Source of the DNA: a virus
Lineage: Duplodnaviria > Heunggongvirae > Uroviricota > Caudoviricetes
Direction: 5' to 3' (one strand)
IMG/VR virus record: IMGVR_UViG_2851949629_000002
DNA length: 51,843 nucleotides
Both the position numbers and the translations under genes were made by a program. Shown piece by piece: positions 11,097 through 25,340 of the stretch; within the stretch, counting starts at the first letter, position 1; each line of letters starts with the position of its first letter. A model generated the notes under the pieces. That model ran no database searches, was not told where the DNA came from, and saw nothing but the letters and a program-made list of their open reading frames with translations.

Positions 11097-11771
11097 TTAC
11101 TGCGAAAGTTTGTTAATGGAAAGGAAGCCGCCAAAGTTGCCGACGTTATTGCGAAACTTACAGCCGCTCAGGCATTTGCTGCATTTATCCTTCGTGATAT
11201 CGGAGGTCGGCTGGTCATATTCATCCGCGACCGCCGGACCGTGATAACCGCACTCATCACCGCGATAGGTCCAGGTGCAGGTATTAGCCAGCATGATGCG
11301 CCCCGGAAAAACGGCACCATCCGTTTCCGTCGGTGTGGACAACACAAAGGAGGCACTGACCGCACTCAGTTCGCTGCACTGCTCTATGCGCCAGCGGCTG
11401 ATCACCTCCTGCTCCGGATCGGCGTCGCTGTTTCCGTTGACGAAGTTCACCGCATCCAGAAAACGGGCGCTGAACTCAACACGCAACATACTGACCCGCG
11501 ACGACCATTTTGCGCAGGTCACCTTTATCTGCCGCCACTCATAAGGCGGCGTCCACAGAAAGGATTTCCAGCCCCCGTGCTCTTCCAGAAACGACTCCAG
11601 CGCCGTGGCCTCCTCACGGGAGACAGACAGCGTCACGCTGTACGTTTTCAGGTCAGCGTTCAGCCCGGCAGGCGCACGCTGGGAATAGCCATCACCAAAG
11701 CGCACCTCCCTGACGGAAGGAGCCGATGTCACATCCATCCCGGGTTTCACTTTCCAGCGGAAGGTTTTCAT
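11097..11771 (-). CDS. Fused tail protein: N-terminal ~103 aa of gpM joined in frame to C-terminal ~120 aa of gpL (apparent 353-bp deletion)
   Basis: 224-aa ORF; starts MKTFRWKVKPGMDV (gpM) and ends ...CSKCLSGCKFRNNVGNFGGFLSINKLSQ (gpL); H-to-K spacing is 675 bp versus ~1028 bp expected for separate M and L. Confidence 0.7.
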   Translation of the reverse strand: MKTFRWKVKPGMDVTSAPSVREVRFGDGYSQRAPAGLNADLKTYSVTLSVSREEATALESFLEEHGGWKSFLWTPPYEWRQIKVTCAKWSSRVSMLRVEFSARFLDAVNFVNGNSDADPEQEVISRWRIEQCSELSAVSASFVLSTPTETDGAVFPGRIMLANTCTWTYRGDECGYHGPAVADEYDQPTSDITKDKCSKCLSGCKFRNNVGNFGGFLSINKLSQ

Positions 11772-14329
11772 CGTCCACCTCCGGAGAACAGACCACCATC
11801 GCGCATCTGTGCCTGGATTTCATCACGGGCACCCTTGCGGGCCATGTCATACACTGCCTTCAGAGCAGCCGGACCTATCTGCCCGTTCGTGCCGTCGTTG
11901 TTAATCACCACATGGTTATTCTGCTCAAACGTCCCGGACGCCTGCGACCGGCTGTCTGCCATGCTGCCCGGTGTACCGACATAACCGCCGGTGGCATAGC
12001 CGCGCATCAGCCGGTAAAGATTCCCCACGCCAATCCGGCTGGTTGCCTCCTTCGTGAAGACAAATTCACCACGATGAACAATCCCCGCTGGCTCATATTT
12101 GCCGCCGGTTCCCGTAAATCCTCCGGTCGCAAAATGGAATTTCGCCGCAGCTGCCTGAATGGCTGTACCGCCTGACGCTGATGCTCCACCACTGGCAGCA
12201 CCGCCAATGGCGCTGCCGATACTCCCGACAATCCCCACCATTGCCTGCTTAAGCAGAATTTCTGTCATCATGGACAGCACGGAACGGGTGAAGCTGCGCC
12301 AGTTCTGCTCACTGCCGGTCAGCATCGCCGCCATATTCTGCGCAATACCATCAAAGGTCTGCGCGGCTGCACTTTTAACCTGCGACATACTGTCCGTGGC
12401 GCTCTCTTCCCACTCACTCCAGCCGGACTTCAGGCCTGCCATCCAGCTCCCGCGAAGCTGGTCTTCAGCCGCCCAGGTCTTTTTCTGCTCTGACATGACG
12501 TTATTCAGCGCCAGAGGATTATCGCCATACTGTTCCTTCAGGCGCTGTTCTGTGGCTTCCCGCGCTGCCTGCCGGTCAGTCAGCCCCCGGCTTTTCGCAT
12601 CAATGGCGGCCCGTTTTGCCCGTTGCTGCTGTGCGAATTTATCCGCCTGCTGCGCCAGCGCGTTCAGGCGCTCCTGATACGTAACCTTGTCGCCAAGTGC
12701 AGCCAGCTGGCGTTTGTACTCCAGCGTCTCATCTTTATGCGCCAGCAGGGATTTCTCCTGTGCAGACAGCTGGCGACGTTGCGCCGCCTCCTCCAGTACC
12801 GCGAACTGACTCTCCGCCTTCCACAAATCCCGGCGCTGCTGGCTGATTTTCTCATTTGCTCCGGCATGCTTCTCCAGCGTCCGGAGTTCAGCCTGAAGCG
12901 TCAGCAGGGCAGCATGAGCACTGTCTTCCTGACGATCGCCCGCAGACACCTTCACGCCGGACTGTTTCGGCTTTTTCAGCGTCGCTTCATAGTCCTTTTT
13001 CGCCGCCGCCATCAGCGTGTTGTAATCTGCCTGCAGAATTTTCCCGTCCTTCAGTGCCTTGTTCAGTTCTTCCTGACGGGCGGTATATTTCTCCAGCGGC
13101 GTCTGCAGCCGTTCGTAAGCCTTCTGCGCCTCTTCGGTATATTTCAGCCGTGACGCTTCAGTATCGCTCTGCTGCTGCGCATTTGTGTCCTGTTGACTCT
13201 GCTGTTCAGCCTTCTTTCTCGCGGCTTCAAGCGCAAGACGGGCCTTTTCACGATCATCCCAGTAACGCGCCCGCGCTTCATCGTTAACAAAATAATCATC
13301 CTTGCGCAGACTCCAGATGTCGTCCGCTTTCTTAAACGCAGCCTCTGCCTTAATCAGCATCTCCTGCGCGGTATCAGGACGACCAATATCCAGCACCGCA
13401 TCCCACATGGATTTGAATGCCCGCGCTGTCCTGTCTGCCCAGGTCTCCAGCGTACCCATGTTCTCTTTCAGGCGGCGGGTCTGGTCATCAAACCCTTTCG
13501 TCGCGGCCTCGTTCGCCGCCTGCAATGCCCCGGCTTCATCGCCGGAACGCTGCAACTGAGCAACATACGCAATCTGCTCCGCCGTCACGTTATGGAACTG
13601 ACGTGCCATCGCTGTCAGTCCCGACGTCGGGTCTGTGGTCAGCTTCCCGAAGGCTTCAGCGACCTTGTCCACCTCCACGCCGGATGCAGAGGAGAAACGC
13701 GCCACACTCTGGCTGATCGCCTCAAACTGCTCACCACCACGCACACCGGCATTCACCAGCGCCGTCAGTGACTCGCTGGTCTGGTTAAACGTCAGCCCTG
13801 CCGCCTGCCCGGCTCTGGACAGGGCCAGAATACGATCTGCCGTCAGTCCCGACTGATTGCCGGAAAGGACCAGCGTTTTGTTGAAATCGGACAGGGTTGA
13901 GTTGCCCTGATACCAGGCATACGCCAGCGCACCAGTCGCCACCGCCAGCGAGGTGGCCCCCACCATCGGCAGGGTGATCGCACCGGCAAGCCCCCTGAAC
14001 ATGGGGATCATCCCGCCGAAGGAGTCCTTAACCTGACCACCCTGTTGCAGCAGGATCAGCCACGGACTTTGCCCGCCTGCAAGCTGCGTGGCCACGTCGG
14101 TGAACTGTGCAGGCAGCATACGCATGGCGGCTTTATACTGCCCGACGGAAATCCCCGCTTTCTGTGCAGCCAGCGCCTGTCGGCTCAGCGACTGTTCAAC
14201 GACTGCCGCTGTTTTTTTCGCATCACTTTCCGTACCGGAAAAATGACGCCTGACTCTGGCCATCTGCTCGTCAAATCTGGCCGCATCCAGACTTAAATCA
14301 ACGACCAGATCGCCTACCGGTTCAGCCAT
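11768..14329 (-). CDS. H: Tail tape measure protein H
   Basis: 853-aa ORF, same length and context as lambda gpH. Confidence 0.9.
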   Translation of the reverse strand: MAEPVGDLVVDLSLDAARFDEQMARVRRHFSGTESDAKKTAAVVEQSLSRQALAAQKAGISVGQYKAAMRMLPAQFTDVATQLAGGQSPWLILLQQGGQVKDSFGGMIPMFRGLAGAITLPMVGATSLAVATGALAYAWYQGNSTLSDFNKTLVLSGNQSGLTADRILALSRAGQAAGLTFNQTSESLTALVNAGVRGGEQFEAISQSVARFSSASGVEVDKVAEAFGKLTTDPTSGLTAMARQFHNVTAEQIAYVAQLQRSGDEAGALQAANEAATKGFDDQTRRLKENMGTLETWADRTARAFKSMWDAVLDIGRPDTAQEMLIKAEAAFKKADDIWSLRKDDYFVNDEARARYWDDREKARLALEAARKKAEQQSQQDTNAQQQSDTEASRLKYTEEAQKAYERLQTPLEKYTARQEELNKALKDGKILQADYNTLMAAAKKDYEATLKKPKQSGVKVSAGDRQEDSAHAALLTLQAELRTLEKHAGANEKISQQRRDLWKAESQFAVLEEAAQRRQLSAQEKSLLAHKDETLEYKRQLAALGDKVTYQERLNALAQQADKFAQQQRAKRAAIDAKSRGLTDRQAAREATEQRLKEQYGDNPLALNNVMSEQKKTWAAEDQLRGSWMAGLKSGWSEWEESATDSMSQVKSAAAQTFDGIAQNMAAMLTGSEQNWRSFTRSVLSMMTEILLKQAMVGIVGSIGSAIGGAASGGASASGGTAIQAAAAKFHFATGGFTGTGGKYEPAGIVHRGEFVFTKEATSRIGVGNLYRLMRGYATGGYVGTPGSMADSRSQASGTFEQNNHVVINNDGTNGQIGPAALKAVYDMARKGARDEIQAQMRDGGLFSGGGR

Positions 14330-14756
14330 ACCGGACTCCTCCTGCGATCCCTTCTGATACTGTCATCAGCATTACGTCATCCTCCGTCATGTCCGCCACA
14401 TCCGGGGAAGCGGGGATAACTTCATTCCCGTCCGGGCCAAAGCGGACACCTCCGGCAAGCCCTGCCGCTTTCTGCATCAGCACATCATCTTCAGGCTCTT
14501 CGTCAGCCTCGCGCCGGTTCAGCAGACTGAAATCCAGCGGATGCATATCCGGATCGCTGAAAAACAGGCTGAGTACGGTGTACGTCAGCCCGGAAAAGTG
14601 CATATCCAGCAGAACATCATGAAAATAATGGGTACTGTAAAAGCGGTGCCAGTCGGCATACTCCGTGGATGACATCCCGGCAAGCATGGCGCGCCAGTCG
14701 GGTCGCCCCATCTCACGCGCCAGTTTCAGGGCAAAACTCAGCTCACCGTCGAACAC
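14322..14756 (-). CDS. T: Tail assembly protein T (expressed as G-T fusion by programmed -1 frameshift)
   Basis: ORF overlapping G 3' end and H start, as in lambda. Confidence 0.8.
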   Translation of the reverse strand: MFDGELSFALKLAREMGRPDWRAMLAGMSSTEYADWHRFYSTHYFHDVLLDMHFSGLTYTVLSLFFSDPDMHPLDFSLLNRREADEEPEDDVLMQKAAGLAGGVRFGPDGNEVIPASPDVADMTEDDVMLMTVSEGIAGGVRYG

Positions 14757-15160
14757 TTTCCCGCAGAAACAGGCTCTGCTGGCCCGGCGTCATCTGCCTG
14801 TTCAGGTGCATCATTCACAACAAACTCAGACATACCGGACAGACGCATTACCACATTTTCAGCCTGAGCAATTGCCTCTGTGGGCCAGGTGGTAAGCACT
14901 TCCTGCTCAATTTGTTTAACGGCTTCATTCATGGACGGCATCTTTGTCTTCTGCGGATGGCTATGCCACAGGGACATCGCCACCAGAAAAGCACCGGTTC
15001 TGACGAGATCTTCCACGCTCACCTGTCGATTGAGACTGGATCCCGCCTGTTCTGCCTGTCGTTTCAGCAGGGCGAGATGCTCAATTCGCTGCAGGGCTGA
15101 CAGTTCAGAAAGCGTGACGCTCACACCGTTATATTCAAATGATTCGGTTTTCAGGAACAT
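14738..15160 (-). CDS. G: Tail assembly chaperone G
   Basis: 140-aa ORF, size and position of lambda gpG. Confidence 0.85.
   Translation of the reverse strand: MFLKTESFEYNGVSVTLSELSALQRIEHLALLKRQAEQAGSSLNRQVSVEDLVRTGAFLVAMSLWHSHPQKTKMPSMNEAVKQIEQEVLTTWPTEAIAQAENVVMRLSGMSEFVVNDAPEQADDAGPAEPVSAGKCSTVS
14756..14762 (-). other. G-T programmed -1 ribosomal frameshift slippery heptamer GGGAAAG
   Basis: GGGAAAG on the minus strand a few codons before the G stop, in the G/T overlap. Confidence 0.6.
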
Positions 15161-15175
15161 CGCTGACTCTCCGGA

Positions 15176-15916
15176 TTAACTGTCGGTGACGGTGATTTCT
15201 GCAACCACAGCAAGTTCACCATTACCGGATACAACCGGAATGTTGACCTTGCCTGCAGCAACACCTTTCACGGTGATGGTCATACCACTGACCGACACGG
15301 TGGCTTTTGTTTTATCCGCAGACACCGCACGGAAGCTCTTGTCGGTTGCGCCTTCCGGCTGGAATGCCACGGTCAGCGTGGTGCTCTTCCCTTTCACTAC
15401 GGAAGCGCTGGCTGGCGTCACGGTCATACCGGTTGCCGCTGTTACCGTGTTGCGATCTTCTGCCATCGACGGACGTCCCACATTGGTGACTTTCACCGTG
15501 CGGGTGATCACTTCCTTCGCCGTCACCGCCTTACCGATACTGCTGACCCAGCCACGGAACACATCGACCGTGCCGTTCGGGAAGCGGATTTTATAGGCAC
15601 GGGTATCGCCTTCATTAAACCACGCCAGCAGCGCCTGCTGCCCCTGCTCTCCGGGCATCCACGCCAGCGTGAAGCTGGTATCTCCGGCAGATTTCTGCCC
15701 CTGCCCGGTCGCGGTCCAGTCTGCATCTTCATCATCGAGATAGCTGTCGTCATAGGACTCAGCGGTCAGTTCGCCGGGCGTCAGGTCTTTAACTTTTGCC
15801 AGACGCGACCAGTCAACGTCTGAAAGCGGATTCGCATAAGGGTCACCGCTCCCCTTATAAACCCACAGGGTGGTCCCGGCACCTTTCACCGGCATTGTAG
15901 GATTTGGTACAGGCAT
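15176..15916 (-). CDS. V: Major tail protein V
   Basis: Track ORF has a 10-aa N-terminal extension; lambda gpV starts [22 protein letters not shown]. Confidence 0.9.
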   Translation of the reverse strand: MPVPNPTMPVKGAGTTLWVYKGSGDPYANPLSDVDWSRLAKVKDLTPGELTAESYDDSYLDDEDADWTATGQGQKSAGDTSFTLAWMPGEQGQQALLAWFNEGDTRAYKIRFPNGTVDVFRGWVSSIGKAVTAKEVITRTVKVTNVGRPSMAEDRNTVTAATGMTVTPASASVVKGKSTTLTVAFQPEGATDKSFRAVSADKTKATVSVSGMTITVKGVAAGKVNIPVVSGNGELAVVAEITVTDS

Positions 15917-15923
15917 AGCGTCC

Positions 15924-16319
15924 TCACATTTCATAGGTAATGACATAAGTCAGATCGGCTGAACTCCACAGGCCCGCATCATCGTCGCGCCGGTAGTCAT
16001 AGCCGCTGGCCACCATACTGGTGATCAAATCTGACAGTGCCGGGATATCGCTCATCACCGGATAAATCCGGGACTCCATCCACGCATCCAGCTCTGAATC
16101 CGGCACCTGAGCAGGCAGGAAAACTTCGATATGCAGCTCCGCCTGCCAGGTATCGCTGTCCAGCTCTTCGCCCGTGTATTCAGCGCCGGTGAGATAAACG
16201 GCAATTGCCGGAAAATCTTCCTCATCAAAAACAGCGGGGCGACCATCAAAAAGCGTCGCCCCGGTGTCATGCTTCTCCAGTGCATCCAGTACGGCTGCAC
16301 GGAGTTCAGTATGTTTCAT
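15924..16319 (-). CDS. U: Tail terminator protein U
   Basis: 131-aa ORF, lambda gpU size and position. Confidence 0.85.
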   Translation of the reverse strand: MKHTELRAAVLDALEKHDTGATLFDGRPAVFDEEDFPAIAVYLTGAEYTGEELDSDTWQAELHIEVFLPAQVPDSELDAWMESRIYPVMSDIPALSDLITSMVASGYDYRRDDDAGLWSSADLTYVITYEM

Positions 16320-16894
16320 CGCTTTATTACCATCCTCAGTTGATGCTGCAGCGCATAGCCCAGCTCTTTCGGAAGACGTTCACGCCGTATCCGCTCAATA
16401 TTTTGTTTAAACGCCGTGGTCAGCGGCACCGCCATCGGGATTTTCACCACATCAATGGGGTAACGGTTTTTCCCGGCCACACGCTGCATGACATGCCACC
16501 GGCCATTTTTCAGTTGCTGAATAAACGCGCCGGGAATACGACGGTTACCCACCACAAGCACGCTGCCGCCACCTTTCAGGGATGAACGCTGCCCCTTTTT
16601 ACGACGCCTGCGGCGGGACAGGACAACCCGCGCATTACCCAGCTTGATTACGGGCAAATCCCCCCGGTTAACTTTGATTCTGGCCTGCGGATTTTTGATC
16701 GTGGCCCTTTTCAGCCTGGCCCTTTCCTTTACCAGTTTCCGGCGTACCTTTGTCTCACGGGCAACCTGTGACGCAGACTGCGATATCACGGATGAAGCAA
16801 CGCGGTTAATGGCCATTGCGGCGGCACCAGGCACCGCCGTTTTGCTGATACGGCTGAGGTTTTCAACGGCCTGCTCAAGACCTTTTATGGCCAT
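16316..16894 (-). CDS. Z: Tail completion protein Z
   Basis: 192-aa ORF, lambda gpZ size and position. Confidence 0.85.
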   Translation of the reverse strand: MAIKGLEQAVENLSRISKTAVPGAAAMAINRVASSVISQSASQVARETKVRRKLVKERARLKRATIKNPQARIKVNRGDLPVIKLGNARVVLSRRRRRKKGQRSSLKGGGSVLVVGNRRIPGAFIQQLKNGRWHVMQRVAGKNRYPIDVVKIPMAVPLTTAFKQNIERIRRERLPKELGYALQHQLRMVIKR

Positions 16895-16905
16895 ACATCC
16901 CCCTT

Positions 16906-17259
16906 TCAGCGGCGACGGTTAACGGCAGGCGGTACGCCCCGCCCAAGCCAGAGATGACAGCTTCCACCATCATCCGGCGAAACCCGGTCTATCCAGAAGT
17001 TTTCCTCACCGATGGTCAGCGTGTCTCCACGCCGCAGCTGCCGCACATCATCAGTCCGGACAAACAGGGACGGGCTGGAGCCTTCAACGCGCACGCCCTG
17101 TCCGGCATAGCTGATATTTTCAGGGTCATCAAAAACACCACGTATTACTGCGCCGGACTGCTCACCGGATGTCATGGTGGCTGACGTTCCCATGTACCCG
17201 CGTATCGTTTCATCGGCGCGGACAATGGCAGCATCGAACAGGTTATCGAAATCAGCCAC
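16906..17259 (-). CDS. FII: Head-tail joining protein FII
   Basis: 117-aa ORF, lambda gpFII size and position. Confidence 0.85.
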   Translation of the reverse strand: MADFDNLFDAAIVRADETIRGYMGTSATMTSGEQSGAVIRGVFDDPENISYAGQGVRVEGSSPSLFVRTDDVRQLRRGDTLTIGEENFWIDRVSPDDGGSCHLWLGRGVPPAVNRRR

Positions 17260-17270
17260 AGCGCCTCCCG

Positions 17271-17669
17271 TTATTGCATTCTGGCCAGGCCGCGCTCTGT
17301 CATTTCGGCTGCCACACCGGCAGAGACACGAAACGCCGTTCCCGGCAGCACAAATGCCACAGGTTCATCCCGCGTGGCGTGAAGTGCATCGGTATGCAGC
17401 GTCACCAGTGCCACAACCGTGACCAGAACAGCCGTATCAGTCACGGTATCCGTCTGTGCTGATACCACCTCATTTTCATGTCCGGTCAGCGCATTTTCCG
17501 GGCTGACAGACGTGTCCTGACCGGCTCCGTCATCCTTGTCATCAAGCTCCTCTTCCAGCTCTGCCACACGGAGCGCCAGTTCTTCTTTCGTCCCCGTCAG
17601 GCTGACATCACGGTTCAGTTGCTCACCCAGCGACCGGAGACGGGCAATCAGTTCATCTTTCGTCATGGA
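17271..17669 (-). CDS. FI: DNA packaging protein FI
   Basis: Contains MTKDELIARLRSLGEQ...; track ORF carries a short upstream extension. Confidence 0.85.
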   Translation of the reverse strand, partial: SMTKDELIARLRSLGEQLNRDVSLTGTKEELALRVAELEEELDDKDDGAGQDTSVSPENALTGHENEVVSAQTDTVTDTAVLVTVVALVTLHTDALHATRDEPVAFVLPGTAFRVSAGVAAEMTERGLARMQ

Positions 17670-17707
17670 CTCCACCACAGAGAGAAAATGGCCCCGAAGG
17701 GCCATGA

Positions 17708-18733
17708 TTACGCCAGTTGAACGGACACGAACTCATCAGGATCAGCCAGCAGCATCAGCGGTGCTGACTGAATCATGGTGAACTCACGCGCCGGATCGCC
17801 GCTGGTCACCCAGTTTTTCGGGTAGCGGGCAGAAGCGTTAATACCTTCGCGCTGTGCGTCCGCATCCTGAATGCAGCCATAGGTGCGCAGACCGCGAGCC
17901 TGAGTGTTCCCCAGCACCATCGTGTTGTCCGGCAGAAAGTTCTTTTTGACGCCGTTTTCCACGTACTGTCCGGAATACACGACGATGGCCACATCGCCAT
18001 ACATCCCCTTATAGGACACCGCTTTGCCCAGGTCTTTCACCGCTGTCTCCAGCTCGGAATGAGAGCCGCGACGGGTATCCAGCTTCTCCCTGACGGCTTT
18101 GAAGGAACGGAACAGCGCCCAGCCTTTCGGATCAAAAACGATAATATTCACCACACCGCTGGCGTTCAGCGCGTAGGCTTCGATATCGTCGGTCGGGTCA
18201 TACGTGGACTTGTCGCGCTTGCTCCACTCCGTGCTGCCGGACTGCGTGATGTTATTCGCTTCACTGCGACCCATATCCACCTCAACCGGATCGAAGGCTT
18301 CACCGGTCATGGTGTATTTGCCCTTAAGCACGGCAGAAACGGCCTGCATCTCTTCGACCTGAGCAATGGCCAGCTCTTCGTCTCGCATGTTCTGCATGAT
18401 GATGCGACGGCGGCGGTAAGCCGGGTCCGCCAGATTCTTCGGATCTTCATCCGGCAGGCGACGCAGGGTCATCTGCGGATTCACCTCATGCTTGGGCTTG
18501 ACATATCCCGGTGTAAATTCAGAGGTGGAGCCGCCACGGGAGCGGATAACCTCACCGGAAACAATCGGCGAAACGTACAGCGCCATGTTTACCAGTCCCG
18601 GAATTTGTGAGAGATAGACTTTCTCCGTGGTGAAGGGATAGCTCTCACGGAAAAAGAGACGCAGAAACAGCGGATCAAACTTAAATTTCTGCTCATTTGC
18701 CGCCAGCAGTTGGGCGGTTGTGTACATCGACAT
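17708..18733 (-). CDS. E: Major capsid protein E
   Basis: 341-aa ORF, lambda gpE size and context. Confidence 0.9.
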   Translation of the reverse strand: MSMYTTAQLLAANEQKFKFDPLFLRLFFRESYPFTTEKVYLSQIPGLVNMALYVSPIVSGEVIRSRGGSTSEFTPGYVKPKHEVNPQMTLRRLPDEDPKNLADPAYRRRRIIMQNMRDEELAIAQVEEMQAVSAVLKGKYTMTGEAFDPVEVDMGRSEANNITQSGSTEWSKRDKSTYDPTDDIEAYALNASGVVNIIVFDPKGWALFRSFKAVREKLDTRRGSHSELETAVKDLGKAVSYKGMYGDVAIVVYSGQYVENGVKKNFLPDNTMVLGNTQARGLRTYGCIQDADAQREGINASARYPKNWVTSGDPAREFTMIQSAPLMLLADPDEFVSVQLA

Positions 18734-18787
18734 AAAAAATCCCGTAAAAAAAGCCGCACATGCGGCCTTTAGTGATGAAGGGTCAGG

Positions 18788-19120
18788 TTAAACGATGCTG
18801 ATTGCCGTTCCGGCAAACGCGGTCCGTTTTTTCGTCTCGTCGCTGGCAGCCTCCGGCCAGAGCACATCCTCATAACGGAACGTGCCGGACTTGTAGAACG
18901 TCAGCGTGTTGCTGGTCTGGTCAGCAGCAACCGCAAGAATGCCAACGGCAGCACCGTCGGTGGTGCCATCCCACGCAACCAGCTTACGGGTGGAGGTGTC
19001 CAGCATCAGCGGGGTCATTGCAGGCGCTTTCGCACTCAATCCGCCGGGCGCGGTTGCGGTATGAGCCGGGTCACTGTTGCCCAGCGGCTGGTAATGGGTA
19101 AAGGTTTCTTTGCTCGTCAT
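18788..19120 (-). CDS. D: Capsid decoration protein D
   Basis: Contains [27 protein letters not shown]..., lambda gpD. Confidence 0.9.
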   Translation of the reverse strand: MTSKETFTHYQPLGNSDPAHTATAPGGLSAKAPAMTPLMLDTSTRKLVAWDGTTDGAAVGILAVAADQTSNTLTFYKSGTFRYEDVLWPEAASDETKKRTAFAGTAISIV

Positions 19121-19129
19121 AAACATCCC

Positions 19130-20429
19130 TTACACTGGTGTGTTCAGCAAATCGTTAACGGCATCAGATGCCGGGTTACCTGCAGCCAGCGGTGCCGGTG
19201 CCCCCTGCATCAGACGATCCAGCGCAGTGTCACTGCGCGCCTGTGCACTCTGTGGTGCTGCGGCCAGAATGCGGCGGGCCGTTTCCACGGTCATACCGGG
19301 GGTTTCGGCCAGCACGCGGGCCTGTTCTTCGCGTCCGTGAGCCTCCTCACAGTTGAGGATCCCCATAATGCGGCTGTTTTCTGCCGCAACCGCAGCGGTG
19401 ATCTGCGCGTTCACGTCCGGCTGCGCCGCGCTGGCGTTTTCGCCCTCCGTCGCTGGCACCACGTCAGTAACGTCAGCCTGCGAAGCAGTGGCTGAAACAG
19501 TTGTTGATTGAGTCTCTTTGGTCATTCGCCCTCCTGAGAGACGGGATTTACGTGCATCCAGTGCATCACGCATAACGGTGATCGCATCGGTGCTGTTGAC
19601 AAGTTCATCAGCCAGTCCGGCATCAATGGCCTCCTGACCGCTGTACACTGCAGCCTCGGTATCCAGCACAGCCTGCACGGACAGGCCGATATATGCCGAC
19701 ACCTTCTGCGCAAACATCTGGCGGGTTGCATCCATCCGGGACTGCAGTGTCTCCCGGACGTCATCCGGAAGATGGCTGTAGGGGTTGCCATCCACCTTAT
19801 GGCTGCCGCTGTAAATCAGCGTGATTTCCACGCCCTGTTTCTCCAGCGCAGCACCGTAATTACTGTGAGCCATCATGACGCCGATGGAGCCTGTCCGGGC
19901 GGTCTGCGTGACCAGACGCCGGGAGGCGGCGCTGGCAAGCAGCTGCCCTGCACTGCAGTTCATGTCATTGGCCAGCGCCCATACCGGCTTTATGTCACGC
20001 ACACGGGCGATGATGTCAGCGCAGTCAAATGCTCCCGCCACCATCCCGCCCGGTGTGTCCATATCCAGCAGAATGCCGTCCACCATCGGATCGCTGGCAG
20101 CCTGTTGCAGACGGGCGATAATGCCGTTGTAACCGGTCATCCCCGAATACGGCTGCAGCGCCCGCGTCCGGCTGACCAGCGTGCCGGACACCGGCAGCAC
20201 GGCGATGCCGTTCATGACCTGATAACTGCGGGCCTGTCGTGGTCCGTCATCATCAACGGATAACGCCAGCGCCGCGGGTGCCTCTCCGGCAGTCAGGCTG
20301 TCGCCGGACACCGCATCCGTCAGGCGGCTGATCCCAAGCTGGCCTGCAAGCGCACAAAAGAAAACCCGCGCATAGGCGGGTTCAAGCATCAGCGGCTCAT
20401 TAAAGGCCATACTGGCAATATGCGGGAGA

Positions 20430-20449
<20 letters not shown>
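19130..20449 (-). CDS. C: Capsid assembly protease C with nested scaffold Nu3 (C-terminal in-frame part, ~19130-19735)
   Basis: Track ORF is extended at the N-terminus; lambda C starts near ...TAELRNLPHIASMAFNEPLMLEP; start codon probably GTG. Confidence 0.8.
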
Positions 20450-24130
<3,681 letters not shown>

Positions 24131-24156
<26 letters not shown>

Positions 24157-24676
24157 TCAGCAACCCCGGTATCAGTTCATCCAGCGCGGCTGCTTTGTTC
24201 ATGGCTTTGATGATATCCCGTTTCAGGAAATCAACATGTCGGTTTTCCAGTTCCGGAAAACGCCGCTGCACCGACAGGGGGATCCCGTCGAGAATACTGG
24301 CAATTTCACCTGCGATCCGCGACAACACGAAAGTACAGAATGCGGTTTCCACCACTTCAGCGGAGTCTCTGGCATTCTTCAGTTCCTGTGCGTCGGCCTG
24401 CGCACGCGTAAGTCGATGGCGTTCGTACTCAATAGTCCCTGGCTGGAGATCTGCCTCGCTGGCCTGCCGCAGTTCTTCAACCTCCCGGCGCAGCTTTTCG
24501 TTCTCAATTTCAGCATCCCTTTCGGCATACCATTTTATGACGGCGGCAGAGTCATAAAGCACCTCATTACCCTTGCCACCGCCTCGCAGAACGGGCATTC
24601 CCTGTTCCTGCCAGTTCTGAATGGTACGGATACTCGCACCGAAAATGTCAGCCAGCTGCTTTTTGTTGACTTCCAT
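24131..24676 (-). CDS. Nu1: Terminase small subunit Nu1
   Basis: MEVNKKQLADIFGASIRTIQNWQEQGMPVLRGGGKGNEVLYDSAAVIKWY..., lambda Nu1 as recalled. Confidence 0.9.
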
Positions 24677-24910
24677 TGTTCATTCCACGGACAAAAACAG
24701 AGAAAGGAAACGACAGAGGCCAAAAAGCTCGCTTTCAGCACCTGTCGCTTCCTTTCTTTTCAGAGGGTATTTTAAATAAAAACATTAAGTTATGACGAAG
24801 AAGAACGGAAACGCCTTAAACCGGAAAATTTTCATAAATAGCGAAAACCCGCGAGGTCGCCGCCCCGTAACCTGTCGGATCGCCGGAAAGGACCCGCAAA
24901 ATGATAATAA
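24677..24910. other. cos: cos site (cosN 12-nt cohesive end at ~24854-24865; cosB toward Nu1, cosQ on the other side)
   Basis: AGGTCGCCGCCC is the reverse complement of lambda cosN GGGCGGCGACCT; flanks match both lambda genome ends as recalled. Confidence 0.85.
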
Positions 24911-25064
24911 TTATCATCTACATGTCACAACGTGCATCTACGCCATCAAACCACGTCAAATAATCAATTATGACGCAGGTATCGTATTAATTGATCTGCA
25001 TCAACTTAACGTAAAAACAACTTCAGACAATACAAATCAGCGACACTGAATACGGGACAACCTC

Positions 25065-25298
25065 ATGTCAACGAAGAACAGAACCCGCAGAACAACAACC
25101 CGCAACATCCGCTTTCCTAACCCAATGATTGAACAAATTAACATCGCTCTTGATCAAAAAGGGTCTGGGAATTTCTCAGCCTGGGTCATTGAAGCCTGCC
25201 GCCGAAGACTGTGCTCAGAAAAAAGAGTTTCGCCTGAAGCAAACAAAGAAAAGAGTGACATTACTGAATTGCTCAGAAAGCAGGTCAGACCAGATTGA
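25065..25298 (+). CDS. Ribbon-helix-helix (Arc/Mnt-like) DNA-binding protein, hypothetical
   Basis: 77-aa ORF; basic N-terminus then RFPNPMIEQINIALDQKG...SAWVIEACRRRL resembling an RHH fold. Confidence 0.5.
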   Translation: MSTKNRTRRTTTRNIRFPNPMIEQINIALDQKGSGNFSAWVIEACRRRLCSEKRVSPEANKEKSDITELLRKQVRPD

Positions 25299-25340
25299 AG
25301 CAATTTAGATAATCGTGCAGACTAGGTACCCTCATATCAC

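Noticed and set aside
12159-13771. Several 140-190-aa plus-strand ORFs antisense to the tape measure gene H
   Set aside because: All lie inside H on the opposite strand, with Cys/Arg/Leu-rich compositions; treated as frame artefacts.
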